Assembly: GCA_963766715.1 (NCBI GenBank)
Contig: CAVYBH010000003.1
Span: forward strand, 1-26,358
DNA: 26,358 nt
Direction of reading: 5' to 3'
Source of the DNA: an uncultured delta proteobacterium
Lineage (GTDB): Bacteria; Myxococcota; Myxococcia; Myxococcales; Anaeromyxobacteraceae
Below the pieces are notes generated by a model. That model saw only the letters and a program-made list of their open reading frames with translations, was not told the origin of the DNA and did not search any database. Shown here piece by piece: positions 7,877 to 19,894 of this stretch; within the stretch, counting starts at the first letter, position 1, and every line of letters starts with the position of its first letter. The position numbers and the translations under genes were made by a program.

Positions 7877-10360
7877 TCATTCCTCCATCGGTCCGGTCGC
7901 GGAGACCGGACAGGGTACGACGTTCCAGATCCCGGCAGCGTACTCGGAGATGGTCCGATCGCTCGAGAACCTTCCGGAGCCTGCCACGTTCAGGACGACC
8001 TTGCGGTTCCAGGCGTGGGGGTCGGCGTGGAGGCGGCCGGCTCGCTCGCTCGCCTCGCAGTAGGGACGGAGGTCGGCGAGGTGCATGTAGGGATCGCCGG
8101 CCTCGAGCAGCTCGTGGCGCAGCGGCTCGAAGATTCCCGGCTCGTTCCGGCTGAAGTGGTCGGAGAAGACCAGGTCGAGCGCGGCACGGATCTCCGGGTC
8201 GTGGTCGTAATGCCAGCGGGGGTCGTACCAGGGCCGGCTTCGCTCCACCTCGCCGGCGGTGAGCCCGAAGAGGAAGAAGTTCTCCTCCCCCGCCGCGGCC
8301 GCCATCTCGATGGTCGCCCCGTCCCGCGTCCCCAGGGTGAGCGCGCCGTTCATCATGAACTTCATGTTGCTCGTGCCGCTCGCCTCGTAGCCGGCCGTGG
8401 AGATCTGGTTGGAGAGGTCGGCGGCCGGGATGAGCCGCTCGGCCAGCGAGACGTTGTACTCGGGCAGGAACAGGACGCGCAGGGTGCGCCGGATCTCCGG
8501 GTCGCCGTCGAGGGTCCCGGCCAGGTTGTTCAGGAACTTGATGACGAGCTTGGCGAGCTGGTAGGCGGGCGCGGCCTTGCCGGCGAAGAGGAAGGTCCGC
8601 GGCGCCATCCGGAAGGAGGGATCCCGGCGCAGCCGGTCGTAGAGCATCACGATGCGCAGGCCGTTCAGCAGTTGCCGCTTGTACTCGTGGATGCGCTTCA
8701 CGTGGCAGTCGAAGAGCGAGTCGGGGTCGACGGCCTGCCCGCACCGCTCGGCCAGCCAGCCGGCGAAGCGGACCTTCTCCTGGCGCTTGGCCGCCGCCAC
8801 CTGCTCGCGAAAGGCCGCGTCGTCGGCCAGCGGCCGGAGCCTGGCCAGCTCGGACAGGTCGGTCACCCAGCCGTCGCCGATGGCGGCGGTGATCACGGTG
8901 GAGAGGGATGGGTTGCAGAGGCGCAGCCAGCGGCGCGGCGTGACCCCGTTCGTCTTGTTGTTGAACCGCTCCGGGTACATCTCGGCCAGGTCCCTCACGG
9001 TGCGGGTGCGGAGCAGCTGGCTGTGGATCTCGGCGACCCCGTTCGTGGAGTGGGTTCCGACGACGGCCAGGTGGGCCATGCGCACCTTCTTCGGGTCGCC
9101 CTCCTGGAACAGGCTGATGCGGGAGACGCGCCCCTCGTCCCCCGGGAAGCGCCTCCGGACGTCGTCGAGAAGCCTCCGGTTCACCTCGTCGACGATCTCG
9201 AGGTGGCGGGGGACGATGAGCGCGAACCACTCCACCGGCCAGCGCTCCAGCGCCTCGGGGAGCAAGGTGTGGTTCGTGTAGGCGAGCGTCCGCCGGGTGA
9301 GGTCCCAGGCGTCGTCCCAGGCGAGGTGCGCGTCGTCGAGCAGGATGCGCATCATCTCCGGCACCGCCATCGACGGATGGGTGTCGTTCAGCTGGATGGC
9401 CACCTTGTCCGGCAGGGCGTGCCAGTCCTCGCCTCCCTGCACGAAGCGGCGGGTCAGGTCGGCGAGCGAGCAGGCCACCAGGAAGTACTCCTGGACGAAG
9501 CGCAGCGCCTGCCCGGCGTGGGTCGAGTCGTCCGGGTAGAGCACGCGGGTGAGCGACTCGGCGGCCAGCGTGGCGGCGAGCGCCCCGACGAAGTTCCCGG
9601 CGGAGAACATCTGCAGGTCGAAGGCGTCCGGCGCGCCCGCCGCCCAGAGCCGGAGCGTGTTGACGTTCTTGCCGCCGTAGCCCACCACCGGGCGGTCGTA
9701 GGGGATCCCGTAGAGCGACGACGGATGACCGGGGATGGCCCGCAGCCTCCCCTCCACGATCTCGTACTTGCAGTGGATGCGGACCTCGACCCGCTCGGAC
9801 GGCCGGACCACCTCCCACGGATCGGGGTGGCGCAGCCAGTTGTCGGGCCGCTCGACCTGCCAGCCGTCCTTCAGGCCCTGGCGGAACATGCCGTACTCGT
9901 AGCGAAGCCCGTATCCCATGGCGGGGAGCTGCATCGTGGCCATGGAGTCGAGGAAGCAGGCGGCCAGCCGCCCCAGGCCGCCGTTGCCCAGCCCGGCGTC
10001 GGGCTCCTGCTCGACCAGGCTCGGCCAGTCGAGCTGCTTCGCCTTCACCACCCGCTGCATCACCGGCTCGAGCCGCAGGTTGGTGATGTTGTTCGAGAGG
10101 GAGCGGCCGAGCAGGTACTCCATGGACAGGTAGTAGAGCCGCTTCGGGTTCGCCTTGTCGTACGCGGCGTGCGTCGCCACCCAGCGCTGGGCCAGCACGT
10201 CGCGAACGGCCCGGGCGAAGGCCTCGTAGCGATCCCGGTGGCTCGCGTCCCGGGGATCGATCGCCTCGTCGAAGAGCAGGTGGCGCTCGTAGAGGCCGTC
10301 GTGGGCCCCGGAGAACTGGAGCGGCCCGCAGCCGTAATGGGCGAGGATGTCCTTGGCCAT
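7877..10360 (-). CDS. glgP: Glycogen/starch/alpha-glucan phosphorylase
   Basis: 'YLSMEYL', 'GLGNGGLGRLAACFLDS', 'QLNDTHP', 'TNHTLLPEALE', 'KRIHEYKRQ', 'EASGTSNMKF' (PLP lysine). Intact 827 aa. Confidence 0.98.
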   Translation of the reverse strand: MAKDILAHYGCGPLQFSGAHDGLYERHLLFDEAIDPRDASHRDRYEAFARAVRDVLAQRWVATHAAYDKANPKRLYYLSMEYLLGRSLSNNITNLRLEPVMQRVVKAKQLDWPSLVEQEPDAGLGNGGLGRLAACFLDSMATMQLPAMGYGLRYEYGMFRQGLKDGWQVERPDNWLRHPDPWEVVRPSERVEVRIHCKYEIVEGRLRAIPGHPSSLYGIPYDRPVVGYGGKNVNTLRLWAAGAPDAFDLQMFSAGNFVGALAATLAAESLTRVLYPDDSTHAGQALRFVQEYFLVACSLADLTRRFVQGGEDWHALPDKVAIQLNDTHPSMAVPEMMRILLDDAHLAWDDAWDLTRRTLAYTNHTLLPEALERWPVEWFALIVPRHLEIVDEVNRRLLDDVRRRFPGDEGRVSRISLFQEGDPKKVRMAHLAVVGTHSTNGVAEIHSQLLRTRTVRDLAEMYPERFNNKTNGVTPRRWLRLCNPSLSTVITAAIGDGWVTDLSELARLRPLADDAAFREQVAAAKRQEKVRFAGWLAERCGQAVDPDSLFDCHVKRIHEYKRQLLNGLRIVMLYDRLRRDPSFRMAPRTFLFAGKAAPAYQLAKLVIKFLNNLAGTLDGDPEIRRTLRVLFLPEYNVSLAERLIPAADLSNQISTAGYEASGTSNMKFMMNGALTLGTRDGATIEMAAAAGEENFFLFGLTAGEVERSRPWYDPRWHYDHDPEIRAALDLVFSDHFSRNEPGIFEPLRHELLEAGDPYMHLADLRPYCEASERAGRLHADPHAWNRKVVLNVAGSGRFSSDRTISEYAAGIWNVVPCPVSATGPMEE

Positions 10361-10833
10361 CAGGGCTCCCCTTCCCGCCCCCGGGGACCGTACCGGCGCT
10401 CCAGGTCCCGGATCTGCTCGATCCTGCGCTGGTGGCGCGGCTCTCCTCCGTACCGGGCGGCGAGGAAGATGCGGGCGAGCTCGCGGGCCACCTCCCGCCC
10501 CACCACGAGCCCGCCCATGACGAGCACGTTCATGTCGTCGTGCTCGACGCCCTGGTGGGCCGAGTAGCTGTCGTGGCAGAGCCCGGCCCGGATCCCGGGC
10601 AGCTTGTTGGCCGCCACCGCCGCGCCCACGCCGCTGCCGCAGAGGAGCAGGCCTCGCCCGGCCTTGCCGGCCAGGACCGCCTTGCCGACCGCCTCGGCGT
10701 AGATGGGGTAGTCGACGGGCTCCTGCCCGTCGGTTCCCACGTCGACGATCACATGTCCGTCCCCCGCCAGGAAGACGGAGAGGTCCCGCTTCAGCTCGAA
10801 ACCCGCGTGGTCGCTTCCGATGACGACGCGCAT
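10360..10833 (-). CDS. rpiB: Ribose-5-phosphate isomerase B
   Basis: 'GSDHAGFELK', 'VDYP', 'LCGSGVG', 'ANKLPGIRA', 'EHDDMNVL', 'RHQRR'. TGATG overlap with glgP. Confidence 0.95.
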   Translation of the reverse strand: MRVVIGSDHAGFELKRDLSVFLAGDGHVIVDVGTDGQEPVDYPIYAEAVGKAVLAGKAGRGLLLCGSGVGAAVAANKLPGIRAGLCHDSYSAHQGVEHDDMNVLVMGGLVVGREVARELARIFLAARYGGEPRHQRRIEQIRDLERRYGPRGREGEP

Positions 10834-10835
10834 GC

Positions 10836-11555
10836 CTACCTCCGTCCCGGGAGGCCCTGGGCGATCCCGAGGTTCGCCGCCGCGTCCCGATCGGCGAGCG
10901 CGAGGGCGTGGGCGGCCCGGACGCGCCCCGCCGGGATGGCGAGGTCGCCGGCCAGCAACCGGGGCAGGACCGGCGTCTTGTCCGCCCCGGTGACCAGCCA
11001 GAGGACGTGCCGCGCCCGATCGAGCGCCGGGTAGGTGAGCGTCATCCGGCGGCGCCCGGCGTAGGGGCCGGTCAGGGCCACGTCGGCGTCCTTCACCTCC
11101 AGCACCGGGTCGCCGGGGACGAGCGAGGCCGTGTGCCCGTCGGCTCCGAGGCCGAGGTGGACCACGTCGAGGACCGCCGGCACCCCCGTCGCCTCGGCCA
11201 GGCCCCGCGCGTAAGCCGCACAGGCGGCTGCCAGGTCGGCCTCCTCGACCGGCATGGCGTGCAGGTTCCCGGGCGGGATCGGCACCCGGCCGAGCAGGCT
11301 CTCCCGGAGGTGGGTGAGGTTCCGGTCCGGATCGCCGGCCGGGGCCACCCGCTCGTCCACCTGGAAGACGTGCACCTCCGGCCAGGGGACGTCCTCGGCG
11401 GTGAGCGCCCGGAGCATCTGCCAGGGCGTCCTGCCCCCGCTCACCGCCAGCGCGAACCGGCCGCGCGCCGCGACGGCCTCGCGGGCCTGGAGCGCGATCC
11501 AGGCCGCCGCGCGCTGCGCCGCCGCATGGGCATCAGGGAGGATCTCGAGCTTCAC
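10836..11555 (-). CDS. pgl: 6-phosphogluconolactonase
   Basis: GTG 11555 with GGAGG upstream; 'AVSGGRTP', 'VDERVAP', 'LGLGADGHTASL', 'RRMTLTYP'. Confidence 0.92.
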   Translation of the reverse strand: MKLEILPDAHAAAQRAAAWIALQAREAVAARGRFALAVSGGRTPWQMLRALTAEDVPWPEVHVFQVDERVAPAGDPDRNLTHLRESLLGRVPIPPGNLHAMPVEEADLAAACAAYARGLAEATGVPAVLDVVHLGLGADGHTASLVPGDPVLEVKDADVALTGPYAGRRRMTLTYPALDRARHVLWLVTGADKTPVLPRLLAGDLAIPAGRVRAAHALALADRDAAANLGIAQGLPGRR

Positions 11556-11617
11556 GGGGCCTCCCCCGGATCGTAGCGTCCGTTCCAGGCGCGGACCACG
11601 GCGGTCACCCCCGCCCC

Positions 11618-12997
11618 TCAGTCCTTCGAGACGTACCAGCCTCCGGGGACGAGCGCGTCGGCCCCGGGCGGCCCCCAGGTCCCCGGCGCGTACTCGTGGA
11701 TGGGCGTATCGGCCTGGATGGCGGGATCGACGATCCGCCAGGCCTCCTCGACGTAGTCCTCGCGGGCGAAGCGGAACGAGTCGCCGCGCATGGCGTCGCC
11801 GAGGAGCTCCTCGTAGGGCGGCAACTCGCCCTGGAGGCCGTGGGTCAGCTCCAGCTCGACCGCCTCGGCGAACTGCTCCCGGTCGGGCACGGCGTCTCCC
11901 TTCTTGATGAGGGCACCGAGCGCGATGGCGAAGTCGGGGCTGAGCCGGAAACGGACGTGATTCGCCGGCAAGGCCACCCCCTCGACGATGGACGGCGGGC
12001 AGCGCAGCCGGACCACCACCTCGGTCCGCGTCACCGGGAGGCACTTCCCGGCCCGGACGTAGAAGGGCACGCCCTGCCAGCGCCAGTTGTTCACCTGGAG
12101 CTCGAGGGCGACGAAGGTCTCCACCGTGGAGCCGGGCGCCACGCCCCGCTCGCTCCGGTATCCCGCGAACTGGCCGCGCACCATCCGGCGCGGCGAGATG
12201 GCCGGGATGCCCTTCAGCACCTTCACCTTCTCGGCCCGCACGGTCTCCGGGTCCTGGCTGCGCGGCGGCGGCTCCATGGCGACGTTGGAGACGATCTGCA
12301 GCAGGTGGTTCTGGACCACGTCCCGGATGGCGCCGGCCTTGTCGTAGAAGGCGCCCCGCCCCTGGACGCCGAAGTCCTCGGCCATGGTGATCTGGACGCT
12401 CTCGACGTAGTTGCGGTTCCAGATGGGCTCGAGGAAGGTGTTCGCGAACCGGAAGAAGACGACGTTCTGGACCGTCCCCTTCCCCAGGTAGTGGTCGATG
12501 CGGAAGACGTTCGACTCGGGGAAGTGCTCGTGGAGCGTGGCGTTCAGCTTCCGCGCCGTGGCGAGATCGCTGCCGAACGGCTTCTCCACGACCAGCCGGG
12601 CCCCCTGCGAGAGGCCCGCCCGGGCCAGCTGCTCGCCCACCAGGGCGAAGATCCCCTGGGGAACGGCCATGTAGTGCACCGGCAGTCGCGCGCCGCCGAG
12701 CTCCTTCTTCAGCGCCTCGAAGGTGGCGAGGTCGGCGTAGTCGCCGTCCACGTAGCGGAGGAGCGACAGGAGCCTCGGGAAGGCCTCCCGGTCCACGCCG
12801 CCGCCGTGGGCCGCCACGCTGTCGCGGGCCCTCGTCTGGAGATCGGGGAGCTTCCAGCCCGATCGGGCGACGCCGATGACCGGCACCCGGAGCTCGCCGC
12901 GCCGGACCAGTCCCTGGAGCGCCGGGAAGATCTTCTTGAACGCCAGGTCGCCGCTCGCTCCGTAGACGACCAGCGCGTCGGCCGGGGCGCCGCTCAC
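11618..12997 (-). CDS. zwf: Glucose-6-phosphate 1-dehydrogenase
   Basis: '[15 protein letters not shown]', 'VEKPFG', 'RIDHYLGK', '[10 protein letters not shown]', '[13 protein letters not shown]'. GTGA overlap with gnd. Confidence 0.97.
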   Translation of the reverse strand: MSGAPADALVVYGASGDLAFKKIFPALQGLVRRGELRVPVIGVARSGWKLPDLQTRARDSVAAHGGGVDREAFPRLLSLLRYVDGDYADLATFEALKKELGGARLPVHYMAVPQGIFALVGEQLARAGLSQGARLVVEKPFGSDLATARKLNATLHEHFPESNVFRIDHYLGKGTVQNVVFFRFANTFLEPIWNRNYVESVQITMAEDFGVQGRGAFYDKAGAIRDVVQNHLLQIVSNVAMEPPPRSQDPETVRAEKVKVLKGIPAISPRRMVRGQFAGYRSERGVAPGSTVETFVALELQVNNWRWQGVPFYVRAGKCLPVTRTEVVVRLRCPPSIVEGVALPANHVRFRLSPDFAIALGALIKKGDAVPDREQFAEAVELELTHGLQGELPPYEELLGDAMRGDSFRFAREDYVEEAWRIVDPAIQADTPIHEYAPGTWGPPGADALVPGGWYVSKD

Positions 12998-14008
12998 GGC
13001 TTCTTCTCCTCGTGTCCGCCGAAGGCGTGGCGCATCGCGGAGAGGAGCTTGTCGGCGTAGTCGGCGTTCCCGCGGGAGGAGAAGCGCTCGTAGAGCGCCG
13101 CGGTGAGCACCGGCGAGGGCACGCCCTCGTCGATGGAGGCCTGGATGGTCCAGCGCCCCTCGCCCGAGTCGGAGACCCTGCCCGAGAAGCCGCCCAGCTC
13201 CGGGTCCCTGGCCAGCGCGCCGGCGGTGAGATCGAGGAGCCAGGAGCCGATCACGCTGCCGCGGCGCCAGAGCTCGGCCACCTGGTCGAGGGCGAAGTCG
13301 TACTGGTAGTGATCCGGGATCGCGCAGCGGGCGAGGTCTCCGCGTCGGCCACCTGGTCGAGCTTGCCGATCCCCGCGTGGCGCAGGATGTTCATCCCCTC
13401 GGCGTAGGCGGCCATGAGGCCGTACTCGATGCCGTTGTGGACCATCTTCACGAAGTGGCCCCCGCCGGACGGCCCGCAGTGCAGGTAGCCCTGCTCGGCG
13501 GCGCTGGGCGGACCGGAGCGGCCGGGCGTGCGCGGGGCGTCGCCCATCCCGGGCGCGAGCGAGGCGAAGATCGGGTCGAGGTGCCTCACCACCGCCTCCT
13601 CGCCCCCGATCATCTGGCAGTAGCCGCGCTCGAGCCCCCAGACCCCGCCGCTCGTCCCCACGTCCACGTGGTGGATGCCCTTCGCGGCGAGCTCCCTGGC
13701 GCGGCGGATGTCGTCGACGTGGCTGGAGTTGCCGCCGTCGACGAGGATGTCCCCCTCCTCCAGCAGCGGGACCAGGTCGGCGATGGTGCGGTCGACCCTC
13801 GCGGCCGGGACCATCATCCAGATCGCACGGGGCCGCGACAGCTTCGCCGCGAGCTCCGCGAGCGACGTGGCCCCCACGGCCTTCTCCGCGGCGAGTGCCG
13901 CCACCGCGGCGGGCGACACGTCGAAGACCACGCACTCGTGCCCGGCGCGGAGCAGCCGGCGCACCATGTTCGAGCCCATCCGGCCGAGGCCAATCATCCC
14001 GACCTGCA

Positions 14009-14009
<1 letters not shown>
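12994..14009 (-). CDS. gnd: 6-phosphogluconate dehydrogenase, decarboxylating, short (GntZ/YqeC-like) type; frameshift near 13316-13332
   Basis: '[15 protein letters not shown]', 'VDGGNS', 'VGTSGG', '[14 protein letters not shown]', '[10 protein letters not shown]', 'AMRHAFGGH'. Two extra C bases interrupt TSPLRDPDHYQY. Confidence 0.93.
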
Positions 14010-15640
<1,631 letters not shown>

Positions 15641-15644
<4 letters not shown>

Positions 15645-16725
15645 GGCGCCTTCCCTGCGGCGGCGGTCTTCTGCGCGATGCCGGCGAGCAGCTCGTTCCA
15701 GGACTTCACGAAGGCCTTCGCGCCGTCCACCTGGAGCTGCTCGGCGAGCGCGTCGACGTCGACGCCGGCCCGGGCGTGGCGGGCGATGACCTCCTCGGCG
15801 TCCCCGCCGTCCGCGGGGAGCAGCGCTCCCACCTGGCCGTGGTCGGCGAAGGCCAGCAGCGTGCCCTCGGGCATGGTGTTCACGGTGTACGGCGAGACCA
15901 GCGCCTCGACGTAGAGCACGTCGGAGGCCGCCGGGTCCTTCGTGCCGGTGCTGGCCCAGAGCAGGCGCTGCGGGCGCGCACCCGCGTTCAGGATGCGGCG
16001 CCACCTGGGCGTGTCCTGGAGGGCGCAGGCCGCCGCCCAGGTGCGCCGGGCGATGGCGATGCCGAGCTGGTTCTTCAGGTCGGGCGGCACCTTCGAGGCC
16101 ACCGCCCCGTCCCAGCGGCTGACGAAGACCGAGGCCACCGAGCGGACGTCGGCGTCGAGGCCGGCCGCGATGCGCCGCTCGATGCCGCGCAGCCACGCGT
16201 CGGCCGCGGCCAGGTACTGCTCGCGGGAGAAGAGCAGGGTCACGTTCACCGGGATGCCGGCGAAGGTGGCCTCCTCGATGGCGGGCAGTCCCTCCCGCGT
16301 CCCGGGATCTTGATGTGGAGGTTCTTGCGGCCGGCGCGGGCGAAGAGGTCCTTCGCCGCCGCCAGCGTGCTGGCCGTGTCGTAGGCGAGCAGCGGCGACA
16401 CCTCCAGGGAGACGTAGCCGTCCACGCCGCCGGTGCGCTCGTGGACGTCCCGGAAGAGGTCGGCGGCGCGGGAGAGGTCGTCGAGCGCCAGGTCGAAGAA
16501 GAGGGCCTCGCCGGTGCGCCCGGCCTTCACCCCGGCCTGGATGGCCAGGTCGTAGGCGGCGCTCTTCTTCAGCGCCTGGTCGAAGATGGTCGGGTTGGAG
16601 GTGAGCCCCGTGACCGACAGCTCGTCGATGTAGCGCTTCAGGGTCCCGGACGACAGCAGGTCCCGGGTCATGTTGTCGAGCCAGATGCTCTGGCCGGCGT
16701 CGTGGAGTCGCTTCGTCGCCTTCAT
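15641..16725 (-). CDS. tal: Transaldolase (one-base frameshift near 16305)
   Basis: 'GQSIWLDN', 'GLTSNPTIF', 'VSLEVSP', 'IKIPGT' (split by the indel), 'NVTLLFS', 'SVFVSRWD', 'LLWASTGTK', 'VNTMP'. SD GAGGTGA. Confidence 0.95.
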
Positions 16726-16750
16726 CGGTCACCTCGCTGGGGGAGGCGGT

Positions 16751-16756
16751 AGCTTA
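16751..16756 (-). promoter_or_regulatory. Possible -10 element (TAAGCT) for the tal-pgm operon
   Basis: TANNNT hexamer between the upstream hairpin and the tal SD. No clear -35. Confidence 0.3.
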
Positions 16757-16770
16757 ACGGCCAAACGGGC

Positions 16771-16800
16771 GGGCGGCGAGGCGTCTCCGCCCCGCCGCCC
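16771..16800 (-). terminator. Hairpin, probable terminator of the hemerythrin-qNor transcript
   Basis: Minus strand GGGCGGCGGGGCG-GAGA-CGCCTCGCCGCCC: 13-bp stem with one G-U pair and a GNRA tetraloop, followed by GCCCGTTT. About 30 nt past the qNor stop; the U-tail is weak. Confidence 0.65.
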
Positions 16801-16828
16801 CGGGAATCCGCGAGGGTCGAGACCGTTC

Positions 16829-19144
16829 CTAGGCCGCCGCCTCCGGCTCCGCGTCCACGTCCGGCAGCGCGACCGGGACGCCGCGCCCTGGCGCTCCGGC
16901 GCACCCGGAGGTCCACGACGACGGCGCGGACGACGAAGGTGAGCAGCGAGAGCGCCCCGGTGACGAAGACCAGGTCGGGCACGACGCGGGCCCAGGTGAC
17001 GGCGTGGATGAACGCCGAGCCGGTCACCTCCGGGCTGCGCGCGTACCAGAGCCCGTCGCGGACGGCGATAGTAGAACTGGTAGAAGCCGGCCGGGAGCAG
17101 CGAGAAGACGATCATCAGCGCCAGCCCGACGTTGAGCCCCCAGAAGTCCACTTGAGCAGGCGATCGCTCCAGGCCTCGGTCCGGACGATGTGCCGCATCG
17201 AGAAGAGCATGAGCGCGATGGCGAGGAACCCGTAGACGCCGAAGAGCGCGCCGTGGGAGTGGATCGGCGTCGTGTTGAGCCCCTGCGCGTAGTAGAGGAC
17301 GATGGGCGGGTTGATGAGGAAGCCGAACACGCCGGCGCCGACCACGTTCCAGAAGGCCACCGCCACGAAGAAGTAGAGCGGCCAGCGCTAGGGTGCGGCG
17401 TGTCCGCCCGATCCGGGCCAGCTTGCAGGTTCTCGTACGACCTCGAAGCCGAGGAGCGTGAGCGGCACGATCTCGAGGGCCGAGAAGATCGCGCCGAGCG
17501 CCGTGATCGATGAGCGGGGAGCCGGTGAAGTAGAGGTGGTGGAAGGTGCCGATGATGCCGGCGCCCAGGTAGAGGAAGATGCTGAAGTAGGTGGCGCGCA
17601 GCGCCGACCTCTCGCCCACCGCGCCGATCCGGGCGAGGATGAAGGCCAGGCGACGGTGGCGAAGACCTCGAAGAAGCTCTCGACCCAGAGGTGCACCACC
17701 CACCAGCGCCAGTAGTCGGCGACGGCGATGTGGGTGCCGGGCGTGTAGAAGAGGCCGACCGAGTAGAAGAGCGGGATGGTGACCGAGGCGTAGAGGAGCA
17801 GGTGGGTCAGGCCGCCCTTGTCCTTCTCGGCGGCGAGGGCCGGCCGGATGGCCCGGTACGACCAGGACGAGCCAGAGGAGCATCCCGGCGATGCAGCGCG
17901 ACCTGCCAGACGCGGCCGAGCTCGATGTACTCGTAGCCCTGGTGGCCGACGAGCCAGCCGTCGGCGCCGGAGAGCTTGCCCTGGACGCCCAGGTAGGTGC
18001 CGGCGAGCGCGCCCACCACCACCACCACGAGCGCGCCGAGGAGCACGATCGACGAGCGCCTTCTGGCCCCTGGGCTCGTGGCCCCCGACGAGCGGGCCGA
18101 TGAAGAGGCCGGTGGCGAGCCAGCAGGTGGCGATCCAGAAGACCGCGAGCTGGAGGTGCCAGGTGCGGGTCGCGGCGTAGGGGAGGAGCTGCCCGACGTC
18201 GATGCCGAAGAGCTTGTTGCCCTCCACGGCGAAGTGGCCGGTGAGCGAGCCGAGCGCCGCCTGCAGGACGAAGAGGACGATGGCGACGACGAAGTACGGC
18301 GAGCGTGGCGCGCTGGCTGGGCGTGGGCGCGGGCTCGGCCGAGCGGGGCGAAGACCGGGCGTGCTCCGGAGTCCTTCGCGCGCAGTGCGCAGGTAGAGGA
18401 AGATCGCGAGCGCGATGCCGAGGATGAGGAGGACGATCGAGGCGATCGACCAGATCAGCGCCGACGGGCAGCGGCAGGTTGCCGGCGAGCGGGTCGTAGG
18501 GCCAGTTGGCGGTGTAGGTGTGGGTCTCGCCGGGGCGGTTGGTGCCGGCGGCCCAGGCCGTCCAGCCAGAAGAAGGTGGTGAGCGCGCGCGCGTCGGCCG
18601 GGTCGGCGACGAAGCCGCGCGGGATCGACATGGCGTCGGTGCCCTCGCCGAAGAGGTCGGTGTAGTAGGCGACCAGCGCCGGAGCGCCGCGGCCTGGCCG
18701 GGCGAGAGGGTGAGCGTGCCCGGTGGCCGGGTCGTAGCGGTTCTGGCGCAGCTCGGCCTGCGACCTCGGCCTCGACGCGGCCCCGCTCGCCGGGCGGCGA
18801 GCGCCTCGAGGTCGGCCTGGGTGAACGCGGCCGCCTGCGCCGGGGTGCGCCCGGCCTCAGGCCGGCCGTGAAGAGCGCGGTGCGGTGGAGGGCGTCGGCC
18901 GACCAGTCGGGCGCCAGGTAGGCGCCGTGGCCCCAGATCGAGCCGATGTGCTGGCCGCCGCGGGAGAGGTACTGGCGCTGGCCGGGGCGATGTCCTCGGC
19001 GGTGAAGACGACCTCGCCGCCGGGCGCGACGACGCGGGCGGGGATGGGCGGCTTGTGCTTCGCGATCTGGGCGCCGCCGAAGATCAGGACGGTGAAGCTC
19101 GCGACGATGACGAAGAGGAGGATGGCGCGGGTGCGGTGGCTCAC
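16829..19144 (-). CDS. norB: Quinol-dependent nitric oxide reductase (qNor, NorB/NorZ type); many frameshifts and one in-frame TAG at 17388-17390
   Basis: GTG 19144 with AGGAG. N-terminal TM helix then 'PPIPARVV', 'GSIWGHGAYLAPDWSADALH', 'RTWHLQLAVFWIATCWL', 'HQGYEYIELGRVWQ', 'YWRWWVVHLWVESFFEVFAT', 'IGTFHHLYFTG', 'FSALEIVPL', 'TPIHSHGALFGVYG', 'WARVVPDLVF'. Reconstructed end '...AEPEAAA*' at 16829. Confidence 0.92.
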
Positions 19145-19734
19145 GTGAGGGTCTCCTGGGGGTGGACGGCGGGGGCGTGGCGGGCGACGCAGCCGGTCGG
19201 CGGTCGTCGAGTACCGGGCGTGAAGGGCGGCGTGTCCGGGCTCGGCGTCGAAGCGGCCGCAGAGCGTCGGGCCACCTCCTCGAGCGCCGTCGGGCGGGAG
19301 GTGCTGCTCCGCCATCGGGTAGAGGATGGCGTCCTCCTTGTGGATGTGGGCGCGCAGGAGCTCGCCGTAGCCGGCGGCGGCCTCGGCGATCCCTGCCGGT
19401 CGGCGTCGGTCCAGGGGCGCGGCGCCGGTGGCGCGCGTCGGCCAGCGACCTGGATGAAGGCCGCGCCCGCGGTCGTGCTCGGCGAGCATCACGGCGATCG
19501 GGCCCGCCCTCGGTGGGGAAGCCGTGGTCGCGCCATGGCGCGCGAAGAGGATGTCCTCCTCCTTGCCGTGGTGGAGCTGGTCGGCGAACGCGCTGCAGGA
19601 AGCCGACGAAGCGGGCGAGCTCCTCCCGGTCGGTGGCGCCCCGGCGTCGGCGACTCCTCGGTGAAGGCGACGAGGGCGTCGATCACCCTCTCGATGGTCC
19701 GGTGCTCGTTCATCAGCGTCTCGATGGCGTCCAT
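19141..19734 (-). CDS. Single-domain hemerythrin-like (HHE) di-iron protein; frameshifted
   Basis: 'MDAIETLMNEHRTIERVIDAL', 'FADQLHHGKEEDILF', 'GPIAVMLAEHDRGR', 'LLRAHIHKEDAILYPMAEQ'. Stop TGA overlaps the qNor GTG (GTGA); GAGG upstream of the ATG. Confidence 0.85.
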
Positions 19735-19785
19735 GGCTTCCTCTCGCCAGGCGGACCGGCGCCGTTCGATTCTGGCGGTCGGAGT

Positions 19786-19801
19786 AGCAAGGGGCTTGCC
19801 G
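19786..19801 (-). promoter_or_regulatory. Sigma54 -24/-12 promoter for the hemerythrin-qNor operon
   Basis: Minus strand CGGCAAGCCCCTTGCT, i.e. GG-N10-GC with TTGCT at -12, close to consensus TGGCACG-N4-TTGCW. About 50 nt upstream of the hemerythrin ATG and next to a sigma54 activator gene. Confidence 0.8.
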
Positions 19802-19851
19802 AGCCTGATGCCATTGAATTTCACTGATGTTTCGTCATGCTTGCCGGACCG

Positions 19852-19894
19852 GACACCCAAATATGGTTGTCCTCGCCACCCATATTTGGTTACC
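19852..19894. promoter_or_regulatory. Two tandem quasi-palindromic sites, putative upstream activator sequences
   Basis: GACACCCAAATATGGTTGTC (19852-19871) and GCCACCCATATTTGGTTACC (19875-19894): 15/20 identical, 23-bp period. The cores CCAAATATGG and CCATATTTGG are also exact inverted repeats of each other. Confidence 0.7.

Noticed and set aside
16829..19144. qNor homologue as an NO dismutase (Nod)
   Set aside because: The FeB/heme His residues and Glu are retained (HLWVE, HH, ALE, HSH), whereas Nod proteins carry substitutions at such positions.
19869..19879. One GT-N7-AC match (GTCCTCGCCAC) as a NorR box
   Set aside because: Single, poor inner match that straddles the two stronger palindromes; expected by chance, and NorR normally uses three sites.
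19857..19889. CC(A/T)6GG sequences matching eukaryotic CArG boxes
   Set aside because: The context is bacterial; they are better explained as cores of activator binding sites.
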